NCBI GenBank assembly: GCA_002104945.1
Contig: MCFH01000022.1
Location: forward strand, 620,001-684,000
Direction of reading: 5' to 3'
DNA: 64,000 nucleotides
Origin: Piromyces finnis finn
Taxonomy: Eukaryota > Fungi > Neocallimastigomycota
Shown here: piece by piece, positions 45,702 to 58,116 of the stretch
How positions within the stretch are numbered: position 1 is the stretch's first letter
Layout: every line of letters starts with the position of its first letter
Notes under the pieces: model-generated
What the model saw: the letters and a program-made list of their open reading frames with translations, nothing else
What the model was told of the DNA's origin: nothing
Database searches by the model: none
Position numbers and translations under genes: made by a program

Positions 45702-45704
<3 letters not shown>
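44690..45704 (-). CDS. Histidine phosphatase (phosphoglycerate-mutase superfamily), Tfc7/tau55-like
   Basis: Exons 45704-45186 and 44881-44690. MKTIYITRHG catalytic motif, DPPLAEEG, IFSSPFFRTLQTA, LFVCHAA second His, ending GGRKFVWTFPNEEEPED*. The resemblance to the yeast Tfc7/YNL108C N-terminus is from memory. Confidence 0.85.
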
Positions 45705-45736
<32 letters not shown>

Positions 45737-48187
45737 CTTTATTATTAAATAAATATTGTTGTTATTTTATTTGAATGTAATTTTACTTTTTTTTTTTAAA
45801 CTATATATAACTATGTATGGTTTGACAAAGTTAATAATGATAATAGTATAAATAATAAATGTTATATATTTAATTATTTTTTTTAAATATTTAGTATTTT
45901 GGTATATAGATATATATAACTATTTATATTTTATTATAATGAATGAATAGAGAGAAATTTCAATTTTTTTTTTTTTTTGGAGATATATATAAAATTGTTG
46001 ATAATATTATTTAAAATATGATGTTAATGTCACAAAAAAAAAAAAAAAAAAAAAAAAGATATTTATCTTTTTTTTTTATCAATTTATAAAAATGTTTATT
46101 TTTTTTTTATTCGTTATTCAATTAACTTTTTTAAACGTTCTTTTTTTTTTTTTTATTATTATTATTATTCGTTATTATTCCAGAAAACTTGAAAATGTCA
46201 CAGGAAAAGTCTTTTAAAATAAAACAAAAAAAAATTTTTTTTATGAAATTGACACTTTAAATTTCTTTTTTTTTTAAAAAAATTTAGCAAAGTTAAAAGA
46301 CGTTGAAAATGTTTGTTTGTTCGTTTGGGGGGAAACACACTTTTTTTTTTTTATTTTTTAACAAGATAAAAAGGCAACTTGAACCAAAAACTCTTATAGC
46401 ACTATTTTTGACTTGTTATTTTTTTTTTTTTTTAAATAAATTAAATAGATGAAATTAAAAAAAAATATAAATTTTTTTTTTTTTAAAATTATTTATTCAT
46501 AACTATTCATTTATAATTTTATATATTAATAATATATAGTAATTAAATAATATAATATATTATTGAATATATTAGAATATTGTAGTGTAATAACAATTGA
46601 CTTTTTTTTACCTTATTAAAATTATCTAATTTATATTTCTAATATAGTATTATATATATTATAACATATATTATTATATTCATTTACAATATTTACAATA
46701 GATTCAAAATTTATATTGATAATTTTAAACATTTCCCGATATATTACAAGTAGCACAGGAATATATATGAGTAATAGTGTACTAACATAATTTAATATAT
46801 AAGAAATATTAATATTGAATACTCCTCCAAATAATAACTTATTATCCTAAAAAAGAATTTGACAAATACATAATGTAATAAAATGTAATAAATGGACTAC
46901 ATTAATTGTAACACATGTTTTGATCTCCTTTTTTTTTAAATTACTTTTTACCATGAATAGAAATCAAATTTATTCTTAATATAGAAATTAATTAATTTTA
47001 TAATAAATTAATTAATAAAAATTTATAAAAGGTAAGCAAGAAAAAAGAATAAAAAATGGTTTAAATCCTCAAAACATTTCTCTTTCTTTTTTCTAGTGTT
47101 GTTCTTCACTTGGCTTGGTGAATTATAAAAGAAAATTTGAATAAAAAACAAGTTTTTCTTTTCTTTTTTTTTTTTTAGTATCATCCTTAAAAAAATATCA
47201 ATTGAAAAAAAAAAAACACTCCCATGAGTCATGAAAAGTTTTTTTATTTAAAAATAATAATTTTTTTTTTTTTTAAAATGATGTATCCTATTTATTATTA
47301 TTTAAAAAATAAAACAAATCATGTGAAATATTACTTTGAGAATGCGGTATAACATCCGCGTTCTTTTTTTTTTTTTTTAAAAAAAAGTAGTGTAAAGAAT
47401 GTCACTTTCTAAGGATGCTTCTTTAAAGATTATTTTAATAGCTCAAATTTACTTTTTTTCTTTTTTAATAGTATACTATTATACTTGATTCAACTAAAAA
47501 GTAAACCCATTTTTAATAATTTCACCTACAAAAATTTAAAAAAAAAAAAAACATTTTTGAGACTTTCTCTTTATGCACACTTTACAAAGATCTATTGTAT
47601 TATATTTTTTTTTATTATATGTGTGTTTTTATTTTTTTTTTTTTGGATAGAATTTTATAATATATTTGCTAATTTTAAAAAAAAATACAATGTTTTTTTT
47701 TTTTTTTTTTACTTTAATAGATAAATAAATTTTTAAATAGTACCTAGAGTGTAGTCATCATTAACTTTATAACAATGTATTATTATTGTTTTCCATTTTT
47801 TTTTTCTTTTACCTTACTCTTCTTTGTAGATAATAAAACTATTTATTTATTTATTACTTCATTTTTTTTTTCTTGTAATGATTTTTATAAAAAAAATTGA
47901 TAGGACAAGGATAAATTCGATTGAATGTATTATTATTTATAATAGGAACATTCCTGTTTATATATATACATTTGTTTATCTTATCCAATTTTTTTTTTAT
48001 TATTGTTATTCGTGGATAAAATGTTGTAATGATTTTGCTCTCACCCATACAAAAAAAAACTTCTTATGGGTAGGTGAGGTGTGTGAATTGGACTGTATGG
48101 ATTGTAATTTTTTTTTTTTTTTTGGTATTGAGAAATAAAAAAAAAAAAAAAGATTGAAATGGAAACTGTTACTTTTATCTAAACATT

Positions 48188-51100
48188 TTACTTAAGCTTA
48201 ATGATACCGGCATCAACTAAAGTTCTTATCTTAGCAGCAACAACTGGGTTTTGAAGGTGATCACGGGCAGCATTTGGATCATTTTGCATTTGTTCAAGAA
48301 TACTACGCATAATTGGATCAGAAAGAATACTGGCAACTTCTGGGTTGTTACGAGCATTGTTCATGATTTCTTCATCGGAAGCATTGTTTTGAGTTTGGTT
48401 CATACCAACGTAACATTTCATCATTTGTTGTTGAACTTCAGCTTCAAGCTTCTTTTCAGTATCCTTTTCACGAACAAAGTTGAGCATATCAATAGCCTTA
48501 GAAGTTTCACGCTTGGCAATAAAGACTTGAGCCTTACGAATGTAGGCCTTGAGGAAGTTTGGATCACGCTTAATACATTCATCAGCATCCTTTTCAGCTT
48601 CACTGATGGCCATTAACTTAATGTAACAAGTGGCACGGTTGTTCCAGTTTCTTGGATCATCTTCATTACGCTTAATAGCTTCAGTGTAGAATTTAACGGC
48701 TTCAGAGAATTTACCTTCCTTGAATAAAATATTACCTTGGTTACGAGCTTCATCAGCCTTAGCAACATCGTGGTAAGCTAACTTGGCAGCTTCTTCCTTT
48801 TCCTTTTCAGTCTTTCTTAAAACTTCAAGAACTTGTGGAGTACGGTGTTCAGCAAGAGATTTGTTGTAGAACTTGATAGCGTTATCGAAATCACCCTTCT
48901 TGTGGTAAGCGTTACCAATACGGTGGAAAGCTCTGGTGACATCGATTTAAATGATTAAAAAATATAATAGTATAGATATAGAAAAATATAGTGATTAGAT
49001 ATTTACATCAACATATATATTTCTTATATCAATAAGAATTTATATGGCATTCCTTTATTTCATTATCTATACGTTTATTTATTTCATCTTAAAATAAAAA
49101 AATTTTAAAATTAAAATTACCTGGCAATAAGCTTGAAATCAGCAAAAATTTCACGACCATGATCAACAGCATTTTCACAAACCTTGATGGCTTCATCATA
49201 GTCGCCCATTTCGTATAAGACAGCTATTTATAACGCGGTTTAAAAATATTATCATTATTGATTTAATGGGTAATAAGATATTAAATTTTGAATAGAGTTT
49301 ATAAAAATTAATACGTTAAAATTCTTTCTAATAGTCTTGCTTATGATTTAATTGTTATTTTTTTATCATAAGATTTTATTATTATCTTTGAAACTTTATG
49401 CTTACCAGCCTTGTTAGTTAAGACAGCAATGTTAGTGTCATCGAGTTCGTAGGCCTTTTCATAGTGAGTTAATGCAGTTTGGAAGTCCTTCTTCTTATAG
49501 GCAGTGTTACCAAGTTGCTTTTCCTTATCGGATTCTTCTCTCTTGTTCTTCTTTTCCTTTTCTTCTTCAGTTAATTCTGGTTCTGGTTCTGGTTGTGGTT
49601 CTGGCTTTGGTTCTGGCTTAGCTTCCTTAGCTTCAGTGTATTCTGGTGGTGGAGTGTTAGTGAATTGAGCATCAACACCAGATGGCATAAGAGCGGATAA
49701 AACGAATTCCATAACTCTTTGATCCTTCATGTATCTATTAAATATGTCGTTATTGTTGTTATTGTTGTTGTTGTTGTTGTTGTTGTTTTGACAATATTCA
49801 AATTAAAATTAGGCATTAACATTTCATTGATTAATAAAATGAGGAATAAGTTTTAATATAAAATAAAAACATAATCAATATATTATTTTTTTTTAAAAAA
49901 AATTTAACAATTATAAAATTAAATGGTATATATAAAGACTTACAAATTAATGCTGCTTGGGTTAGCTTGAATAGACTTTAAGATTTGAACAAAGTCTGGT
50001 TCAGCAAGATATTTAGCACACTTGGTCTTGGCACACTTTTCAACAAGATCACCAGATAATAATTCATTGAACATTTGTTCTATCATTTTTAACATTATAT
50101 TTTATTAAATAATTATTTAAAATTTTAATATATTAAAAACTATGTTTTAGCTACAATTGCACTGCTATAACGATTTATAATATATTTATATTTATATTAT
50201 ATATATTATTAAAAAAAAAAACCCTTACCCATTCCGTGACTTTGCATGGCATTTTCAACGTCTTCAAGACCCTTCTTTAATAAAGCGTTGTTTGGATCAA
50301 TCTTTAAACCTTCATTGTAAGCATCAGCAGCTTCATCAAGTCTACCTAAACCATATAAAGCAGCACCCTTTCTTGAGTAACCCTATATTTTTTAAATATA
50401 CAATGTATATATTCCAAATTTGAATTAGCCCCATAATTTTCATGTAAAGAAATTTATTTAAAAATAAGAAATTGAAAAATAGTTATCAAAAAATTAAAAA
50501 AAACTAAATATAATATTTTTTTAAAATTATTCATTATTTAATTAAAAACCTTTGGCCAGTCACTCTTAATCTTGATGGTTTGTTCAGCATCTTCTAAAGC
50601 CTTTTGGTAATTATTTAAACTAGCATAACAGGCAGATCTTTTTTATAAAAAATGAATACACCAGAAAATTAATATATATACATTTTATCTATTATCTATA
50701 TAATATCTAATAGTTTACCTGTTAGAGAAGAAAACATGATTAGAAGAATCAATGTTAATAGCTTGAGTGAAGAAATCAATAGCTTCTTCAAATCTCTTTT
50801 CAGAAAAAGCCTTGTTACCTTTAGCCTTTAATTCGTCAGCCTATTTTTATTTTATTAAAAAAAAAAAAGGAAAATATATTAAAATCATTCTAAAAAAAAC
50901 AATTCAATTACTGAAATATAAATATATTTCTTAGGTTTCTTTGGTGTTTTCTTTCCTCTTTTTTTAACATTTTAATTTTTTAAACTTTGATATAATAAAA
51001 AAAAACATTGATTTTATCTTGGTTTTAGATTATCATCCATGAATTTAAATTTAATTTTTCATGACTTTAAAATATTTTGTTTTAATAAAAACGCAAAAGA

Positions 51101-51193
51101 TATATTATATTTCTTATTTATGTATTGAGTAACTCTCTTGAGGAAATAATACAACCAAAATTTAATAAAATAATTTAATAAAATATTTACCAT
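48188..51193 (-). CDS. STI1: Hsp70/Hsp90 co-chaperone STI1/HOP (TPR1-DP1-TPR2A-TPR2B-DP2)
   Basis: Exon 1 is ATG only (51193-51191). It continues [41 protein letters not shown]; TPR2[29 protein letters not shown]; DP2 [49 protein letters not shown]. Codon usage is strongly biased, as in highly expressed genes. Confidence 0.97.
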
Positions 51194-51665
51194 TTTTTAT
51201 TCTTTATTTTATTTTAATGTATTGATGTAATATATATACACAATTTTTTTGGAAAATATAAAAGAAAAAAAAGAAAAAGATTATTTAGTTTTCAATGATA
51301 TATATAATGAAAATATATAGAGTTATATAGAGTTTTATATTCGCTATCATTTAATGGTATATAAAACTTTTTATATTTGATGACGAAGATGATGATATGT
51401 ACAAATAATACAGTCAATAAATATTTAATATTTAATGTGTAAAGAGTAAAAAAAAAAAAAAGTCAATCTTTTTTTATATATTTAAATTATTACAAAAAAA
51501 AAAATTACAATCTATTTATTTCCATCATATATTATCAATTTATTGTAATATATAATATTTAATAAATATAAATTCAGATCAAAAATTTTAAATATATAAC
51601 TTTATTTTGGACCATAATAAATTTTTAAAATAATGATAAATAATTAATAATTTTTTTTTTATATT

Positions 51666-51680
51666 TATCCAGAAGGTTCC
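51666..51680. promoter_or_regulatory. Candidate heat-shock element (HSE) upstream of STI1
   Basis: tATCc-aGAAg-gTTCc: three alternating nGAAn/nTTCn units with one mismatch, ~470 bp upstream of the STI1 ATG. STI1 is an established HSF target in yeasts. Confidence 0.45.
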
Positions 51681-51912
51681 ACATTAAAAAAGAAATAATT
51701 ACCACAGTCTCTACCACAATTATAAAAATTTTACCCACAATTTTATGGGAATTTTATATTTATTTTTATTTTTAATATTAAATTTTTACCATAAAAATCA
51801 CCCAAGAAATTATTATTTAACTACTGATAATTTAAAAAAAAAAATATAAAGATTTCTAAATTTTTAGTATAACAAAATATTAAACGGTTACTCTTTCGTT
51901 CTTCTTTTTACA

Positions 51913-51951
<39 letters not shown>

Positions 51952-53954
51952 CGTATTGTTATTTATCTTTTCATAGTTTAATTGTATAGTGTATCGTAAT
52001 TAAAAAATATTGTGTAGGTATTTCTAAATACATTTGAAAATGTTTTTTAATATATGGAATTATTAATAGCAACAACTTTTTATGTTTATATACTTTCTAC
52101 TTTGATAAAACTTTTTAAAAATAGTATAATTTTATTATGATAATATTATTTTTTATATTCTTTAAAATATAAAGTTATATTTAAATATTATGAGATATAA
52201 TATGGAATTTCAAACTATAAAATATATTAATATTTTATTAAAAACCTGTGTACGTCACATCAAAATATAAAGATTATTTGTGTTGAATATTCCAGTGGAA
52301 ATTAAGTATCCTTTTCTTATATACACCTTTATTGGATTACTCTTATTTTTGATATATTTTCAATGTATTTTCAATCTTTTAAAAAACAATTTTCATTTAT
52401 CAAACAATTGATTATAATTATATACATTATTTATGTCTATATACAATATAAATCCTTATTATAATAGTTTCAATTAGTCAAACGGTATATAAACGATTCT
52501 ACTATCAATCAATGTTACTAGAGTTAATATACTATATAAACTGTAATAACACGGATTAATATAATTATATAATATTAAATATTTTTACAAAATACAATAA
52601 AGTATTAAACAGAAAAAAAATTATTTAAAGAGTAAAATTCTATATTATATTTAACAAGATTCCTAGCATATCTATATTTTAAATAAAGAATTATATATAA
52701 TTATATAATAGTTAAAAAAAAAAAAAAAAAAAAGAATTTACTATATATATACATTATATTTATATAATATGAAATAGTTACACCCACCTTTATACTTCTC
52801 TAGACTTTTTAGGAATATATAAATATATAAGTTTATAATGTATAAATTTATAATGAATGATAATTTTCTATTCAATGTAACTTGTTTTCTTCCATGATAT
52901 AGATTTATATCAAATCATTAAAGATACATATAGTAAATATTAAATATTCCTATTATAAAGAGTAAAAAAAAATACTTTTCTTCTTTTAAAATAAAAATAG
53001 TAATCCTACGTTCTATTCATCAAATATGAAAAACAAATAAGATACAAAGAAAAATATCCTAATATATTATCAATTCAAATATATTAGGATACATTTAAAC
53101 TATCTTTTGAAAAATCATAGTACTATCTAAAATAAATAACAAATAAAATAATTAAAAAGATAAATATTAAATATTTAGTTTTAATATTTATATCCATATT
53201 ATTTCATACATAGAGTTATTAACTACTTTTATATAATAGTCTATAATTAAATGGTGTATAAAAAATAGATAATAAAATGCAATACCATTATTTTTATAGT
53301 CCTACAAATAATAAATAAAAAATATTATATTAAATTAGAATATGGTTAAATGATGTCAATAGAATACTACTTTGTATATTTTATTGACATTATTAATTTT
53401 TTTTATTCATTATCATCATTATGAAAGAATTACAAAAACCTTAGGATAGTTTCGTTGAAAAAAAACTAGTTACATTTCTTTTTAAGAAAAAAATAAAATA
53501 ATTTAAAAGTATAATGTCTCCCATTTTTTGGTTAAAATAGAAGATTCGATACATTTTAGTCTTCTCCAATTTTATAAAATGATATAAAAAAAAAAAAGAG
53601 TTGAATAGTGTCAAGATTTTATTAATATTAGTTTAATGAAAGTACACTTGATATAAATTATAAGAATTATAAAGTGTTGTTGCTTCAAAACAAAAAAAAG
53701 GCAGTTTTTTCATTTATTTATTTCTAATAATAATAGTGATGACGATAATCTTGAAAATGTCAAAATAGTTTTTTTTTGGAAAAGCTAAAAAGATTTCTGG
53801 TCTATTGAAAAAGTTTTTATTCCTCTTATTATTCACTATTTTATATTAGTAGTAATGAATTTTTAAAAGTATTTTTTTTTCTTTATATGATATGAAGAAA
53901 AGTAACTTTTTTTTTTTTTTTAATGGAAAGATATTCTTAATATCATAATAATCA

Positions 53955-53988
<34 letters not shown>

Positions 53989-54705
53989 AGTATAAAGACT
54001 GGAGTAAACTAAATCATTATAAAGCATTTTTTCTGGACATTTTTTAAATTTCTTTAAAAAAAAAAAAATAAAAACAAAACGCAATGGTCAGTCACTTTGT
54101 ATTAAAACAAACAACTTTGAAATTCTTATATTTTTTTTTAATATATTATATTTACTGTATTTATTAATTTATTATTTTTAAAACTTTTTAATGTTTAAAT
54201 ATTTAAAATGTTCAATAAATAACCCTATGTAGTATATTTATTGAAGAATAATATTAATTTATATATATATAATTATTAAATTATATAAAATATATATATT
54301 AATTTGTTATTTATAAGTAGTATATTAATTTCATTATTATGAATATTAACAAGTATTTTTATCATTTATCATTTGATAGACTATAAATAATAAATGATCG
54401 ATCCTATTTTTATTAATAACAGGGATAGATATATGTTGTTATTATTATCAATTAAGGATGATAAAAAATAGTTTAATGTAATTACTAAATGTTTTTTTTT
54501 TTTTTTTTTACTTTTATATTTAAAATATGATGTAATTTGTAATCTATTAATTAAAATTTTATTATTATTATTATTATTATTACTTATTACTTATTTCTTT
54601 ACTATATTTAATATGTAAAATATATAATTTGAAAATAAAATAGTATTATTTTCCCTAAAAATAATTATTTTTATCTAGTAGTGAATAGGTTATTCTTCAT
54701 TCTAT

Positions 54706-56403
54706 TTAAAACTTAACTTTTGGAACACAGGATTTACTTGGTGGATTTTCATCACCTTCCCATGAAACACATAATTCCTTCTTAATGGCTTCAGCTCTAA
54801 GACTAACCCATTCGTAGAGACCCCATTGAAGACCACCAACACCTTTATCAAAGTTCTTCTTCCAGTCAGAATAGGTATAACCTGGTTCTTCAGATTCAAC
54901 TGGTTGGTAGTCACGTTCAATAGAGTAATCCCATTTAACTTCTGGCTTGAAACGATCATAATAGGTACTAACAACATCCTTGAAGGCAACTGGATTGAAA
55001 ACATTTTCAACAATACCCACAAGAATATTTTGGAAACGTTTTTGAAGAATTGAGGAGGAACCAATTAAACGATCAACTAAAGTACGGTGTTCTGGATCAT
55101 CGTAAAGAAGTTTCCAAGTACGGTTAAGTTGAGTAGTGTAAGATTGTTGTGGGAATTTCTTACCAACAGAATTGATTGGAGCACATAAACCAACACCAAA
55201 AGTTTCATCATGATCTTGAGTAATGAAATAGAACTTAAAAGTACTATTGGTTGATTCAAGTGGATCATCGTAAACAGCAAAATTGCTTGTAGTTAACCAA
55301 TAACCATCCCAATCACCAGTTAAATATTCCATTGCCATGGCTTTATGGAAGGTATCAATATCGAACCACTTTTCTTCAAATTCCTTGATAGCCTTTTCAC
55401 TCTTAGTATTAAGTTTGCTGAGAGCCTTAGTAAATGGAATAATTCTACTGTAATCTTCACCTTCGTTTGTTTCGAATGTAGAGTAGTAATCTTCATCATT
55501 TGGATGATATTCAAAATCGGAACCACAAGTACCATCTAAAACATAACCAAGATTCTTTGGTTCTTCGGTTTTGTCCGTTTCTGGATTATAATAAAACTCA
55601 TTTTTGAGGAAGGACTTTGAAGTAGCAGATTCTTGTAAAGTATAGAAACCAACTGGTTTCTTGTTGTAGTAAACACGGCACATAACTGAATGAATACTTG
55701 GCATACCAAGTTCACGAATAATGTTACCATAAATTAATTGACGAAGATTAAGTGGATCTTCACCACCATTACGTAACTTTAATACATTTCTGCCTTTAAT
55801 ACCTTTCTTACCAGTTCTTTCATTCTTACCTAACTTGAGTTTAATTTGGAATTTTGAAAAACCCCTATTCTTTGGTTTTCCAGTAACATCAGTAAAACTT
55901 TCAACAGAGTTTTTTAAATAGAACTTAACATGACCTAATTGAATAGTTTCATAGGCGTATGGGTCATGGAAAAGTTCTTCAGTATTATTACCAAAAATAT
56001 GAATAGTTGGAATATAAGAATCATCGAAAAGTTTAGTAGTTCCAATGGTTCTAGTCCAGTTAGTGAAAGTTGGTGGATGTTTAAATTGTTTAAGTGGTTT
56101 AATAGTTTCTTTTCTTTCAAAAAATTCATTATAGGTGGATTTCATTGAAGTATCAAATTCACGATAAAAACCTTCCTTTTTACCATCGATAATGTAATAA
56201 TATTTAAAAGTAGTATCTGGAGCATTATCAATAGTTATTCCATGTAAAAGTTCATCATTATCAATTGGAGAAAGTGTATATTTCTTAACACCACTAATTT
56301 TAACTTCAGTTTTTTCACCAAATGAAATTACCTTAAAAGTAGCAGTTCTACTTAAAGCAGAACCAACTAAACAAGCTAAAGATAAAAATACTTTTGTGTA
56401 CAT
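54706..56403 (-). CDS. cotH: Secreted CotH-family atypical protein kinase, single exon, 565 aa
   Basis: Signal peptide MYTKVFLSLACLVGSALS. CotH motifs: KFQIKLKL, VLKLRNGGEDPLNLRQ, CRVYYNKKPVGFYTLQE, EYLTGDWDGYWLTTSNFAVY and QDHDETFG. Confidence 0.92.
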   Translation of the reverse strand: MYTKVFLSLACLVGSALSRTATFKVISFGEKTEVKISGVKKYTLSPIDNDELLHGITIDNAPDTTFKYYYIIDGKKEGFYREFDTSMKSTYNEFFERKETIKPLKQFKHPPTFTNWTRTIGTTKLFDDSYIPTIHIFGNNTEELFHDPYAYETIQLGHVKFYLKNSVESFTDVTGKPKNRGFSKFQIKLKLGKNERTGKKGIKGRNVLKLRNGGEDPLNLRQLIYGNIIRELGMPSIHSVMCRVYYNKKPVGFYTLQESATSKSFLKNEFYYNPETDKTEEPKNLGYVLDGTCGSDFEYHPNDEDYYSTFETNEGEDYSRIIPFTKALSKLNTKSEKAIKEFEEKWFDIDTFHKAMAMEYLTGDWDGYWLTTSNFAVYDDPLESTNSTFKFYFITQDHDETFGVGLCAPINSVGKKFPQQSYTTQLNRTWKLLYDDPEHRTLVDRLIGSSSILQKRFQNILVGIVENVFNPVAFKDVVSTYYDRFKPEVKWDYSIERDYQPVESEEPGYTYSDWKKNFDKGVGGLQWGLYEWVSLRAEAIKKELCVSWEGDENPPSKSCVPKVKF

Positions 56404-57559
56404 AGTTCTTTTTTTTTATTATTATTTTCTTTTTACGATAAATAATAAATATTAAATAAATAATTTTTTATTATTAAATTTCTTTTTTTATTTATTTATT
56501 TATTTTTTATTATTTATTTATTTTTTTTTTTTTTACTTTTTTATATTTCTTTTTTTTTTTTTTAATTTTAATTAAAGAATTATTTTTCTTTTTATATGAT
56601 TCAAGATAAAAAAATTTTTTTTCAATACAAATATATTAGTCCAATATAATCCTTTATATTGGTGATTAAAATGTTACAAATTTTTGTTTAAAAAAAGATT
56701 TTTTTTTTAAAAAAAAAATTGAGACGCACAATTTAATAATGTTCCTTACTGGTCATAATAAAAAGAAAAACAAAAAAAATGTATATTTTTCTGTGTATTC
56801 AACTACTTTACTATTTTAATTTCATATTTAAAAGAAAAAAAAATTATATTATTTTATTATTCATTTTTTATAGTAAAAATTTATTAATAGAAAAATGGGT
56901 TTTAATGGTAGTGGTGTTAATATAGGATTGTCATCATTAAAAAGGATTGGATAATAGTTAAAAGATGGTAAAAAGAAAAATAATAATAATTAATATAGAA
57001 TAATAATAATCTTTATGAAAATGATTAGTATTATAAACATAAAAAAATTCATCTCCAATATTTACATTACCAAAATTTTAATTTATTTATTTATTATTAT
57101 TAATTTGTATTAAAAAAAATATTATGATATTAGTTTATTAATCAAAAAAAAAAAAGTATTTCACCATAATTCCTTTAAATATTTTTTAAAAGTTTTCTTA
57201 TTTTAAAATGTTACAAAAAAAAAAAAACTTTTTTAATTAAACCAAAAATGTTCTTTTTTTAAAAAAAAATTGTAAACATTTTTTTTTACTTTATTATATT
57301 GTGTGATATATACCTAAAAAAGGTTAACTATTGTAATTTTAATAATTTTAATTTATTATACTTTTTTTTAATATAAAATAATGTTAATAGTGATGCAAAT
57401 AAATTAATTTTTATCCAATAAAATAAAGTATCAGCAATTTTTAATTCTTTAAATTAAAGCTTATTTATTATTAAAGAGAAAGGCATTCCTTTTTTTTAAT
57501 TTAAATAAAAAATATGGAAACATAGATGATTCTATTCACTTTAAATTTTTGATAAAGAA

Positions 57560-58116
57560 TTTTTTTTTTTTTTTTTTTTTTAACTTCCGAGTGCATTTCT
57601 CCCATCGATCAGAGTTAGCTCCAATGGTGGTTCTTAGAGAAACGTTGGCTCATTCCTATTGCTAGGTGGTTGTGACCCTTCTGGTCTGTCATACTGTTTC
57701 TTCAGCTTCGACGCTCACTTAATCCATGTACATTAGATGCATGTCGTTGTACGATATTTCACAACTACAATGCTAAGCCTCTTATAGTCAATTTGATCAC
57801 GTGTCAACCGCCCCCTAATGTTTACACTTAAATTGATTAAGGAATATTATGTGTTTTTGGCATAGCCTAAGTCACCACTTATTAAGTTCTAATTTGGAAT
57901 GTACCATGTACACTAGACCCTCTCAGGCCGGCTAGACGAGTGTTATTATCATAGTAGTAAATTAGAAAGTTCATTTATACTTACCTGAATATCATAACCC
58001 AACCCATGGCAAACCCAGTGGGAAAATCCACAGGCACTGACATCTGCGGGGTCGAACCAGAAGCCTTATGTATGCTAAGGAAACGCCTTAACAACCAGGA
58101 TAAAAACTGGAACGAC
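57560..58116 (-). mobile_element. SINE-like retroposed element, copy 2 (longer copy) with 13-bp target-site duplication
   Basis: TTTTGATAAAGAA flanks both ends (57547-57559 and 58117-58129). The T22 at 57560-57581 is a poly(A) tail on the minus strand. The head contains TGGTTGTTAAGGCG...GGTTCGACCCC (A/B-box-like). The body is colinear with 18433-18956 and has no ORF. Confidence 0.8.

Noticed and set aside
57803-57875. GTCAACC...AGCCTAAGTC resembling, from memory, the 5' part of HEARO/IscB omega-RNA
   Set aside because: The similarity is limited to two short words, with no IscB/TnpB/Fanzor ORF nearby. The TSD plus poly(A) tail fits retroposition better. An Rfam cmscan would settle it.
57915-57945. 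Minus-strand TAGCCGGCCTGAGAGGG resembling bacterial 16S rRNA
   Set aside because: Only ~17 nt resemble it, the neighbouring universally conserved 16S motifs are absent, and copy 1 differs.
57977-57987. ATACTTACCTG as the 5' end of U1 snRNA
   Set aside because: No U1 loop II (ATTGCAC) or Sm site follows, and the motif is not conserved in the other copy. It is simply the reverse complement of a splice-donor consensus.
58040-58116. A genuine tRNA gene at the GGTTCGA motif
   Set aside because: I cannot fold a cloverleaf with acceptor and anticodon stems. At most it is a degenerate tRNA-derived head.
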